A stretch of DNA of 60,663 nt, the filler included, from Basidiobolus ranarum (lineage: Eukaryota), in assembly GCA_040143965.1 (NCBI GenBank). It is 6 parts of 6 records of this genome, joined end to end, with 100 filler letters (N's around TTAATTAATTAA, not from the genome) between each part and the next. Parts side by side here need not be neighbours in the genome. Positions count along the whole stretch, not along the records: positions 50,657 to 60,663 come from JASJQH010000754.1; 5 more parts are not named here. One strand, given 5' to 3'. Both the position numbers and the translations under genes were made by a program. The notes below the pieces were generated by a model. It searched no databases and was not told the DNA's origin. It saw only the letters and a list, made by a program, of their open reading frames with translations. Position 1 is the stretch's first letter. The number at the start of each line of letters is the position of its first letter. Below are positions 59,767 to 60,663 of the stretch, piece after piece.

Positions 59767-60663
59767 TTAATACAAAAGCAGTTGTAATCATAGTGGCAAA
59801 AAAGATACATACCCCCTGGAATATCTATATGAAGGGAAGAAGGTTTTACTGGAGATACGATCAAAGATTTTAAGGGCTTTGAAGGTAGTGGTTTACGCCT
59901 TGGAAAAGAAGTTGACCGGTTTAAACCACTTGGTTGGTGATCGATTTCTTCCGATTCGCGTGGAATAGAAAAGGCGAGAGTCGGTTTAGGTGGTATGATA
60001 GGTTTACAAGTGGAGTTTGTCTCGATTATATCTTGTGCTTCGTGAAGGCATTTAAAGCACGTATCAAATATCAGCCCCGACGCCAGTGGCTTCCTTGTAA
60101 TCGCTACTCAACAACCAATATTAAAAACTGGAAATAAATGACGAGCTTGTCGAGAAAAAATAAAGATACTTACAGTTATTACAAAAAACAGCGCTTCGAA
60201 GATTTTTTATGGCAACTTCCAAGGCATCGAAATAAGCAAAATAAGCATCCTGAAATAAGAAAATGTCAATGAACTGGATGTTTATAGTCATGAATCAGTA
60301 TTGGCTTTCTAACCTCAACGAATCCTTTGGACAGGCAAGAGGTAGCCCTAGAAATGAGTGGTTGGAGTTCATCCATGTACACAAAAGTGAAAGCAAGTGG
60401 GTAGTAAAGGAAAGGCAACGATATATAAATTTGGAGTAAAGAGGATAGTTTTGAAAGAGGTAAAGGACAGTAAAAAAGAGATATCGGATGAGATAGAGAA
60501 ATGTAACTCTAATAGTACTGACAACAGTATTAATAATATTTGAAATTCATCGTCAATTATGAATAAATCGAAAAAGGGTAGTAAACAGTGCTACAACGGA
60601 AAAGCAAGTTCAATTGATAGTTGCTTTGAATTGACCTTAGTGGATATTTTATTATGATCCGTG

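Overview
Eukaryotic, intron-containing, AT-rich fungal DNA. Gene content and short GT-AG introns suggest an early-diverging fungus such as Basidiobolus (inference). The window is not one locus: six ~10 kb contigs of decreasing length (1-10046, 10147-20188, 20289-30321, 30422-40441, 40542-50556, 50657-60663) are joined by artificial 100-nt N44-TTAATTAATTAA-N44 linkers. Housekeeping and regulatory genes include a C2H2/DUF3020-like protein, siroheme synthase (apparent frameshift), Tim9, a partial formin, a partial hybrid histidine kinase, an NRBF2/Atg38-like protein, otubain, ATP14, an SWS1-like SWIM protein and two RasGEF-domain genes. Secreted or accessory genes include a DppV-type peptidase, two paralogous tandem CBM19-like proteins, a MACPF protein with a three-repeat Vps62/beta-tripod-like C-terminus, a lipase, an AA11-like LPMO, a bacterial-type CHAP amidase and a VWA protein. 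The most unusual signal is non-genic. CpG-free tracts at the ends of contigs 2 and 4 carry a fixed-spacing motif, AATAAA-N5-CACC-N4-GGTG-N8-CCCCC-TAACCCTAA. In contig 2 it terminates a head-to-tail chain of variably 5'-truncated units, which suggests an undescribed telomere-repeat-primed retroelement or cassette system. All family calls are from motif recognition; no database search was run.
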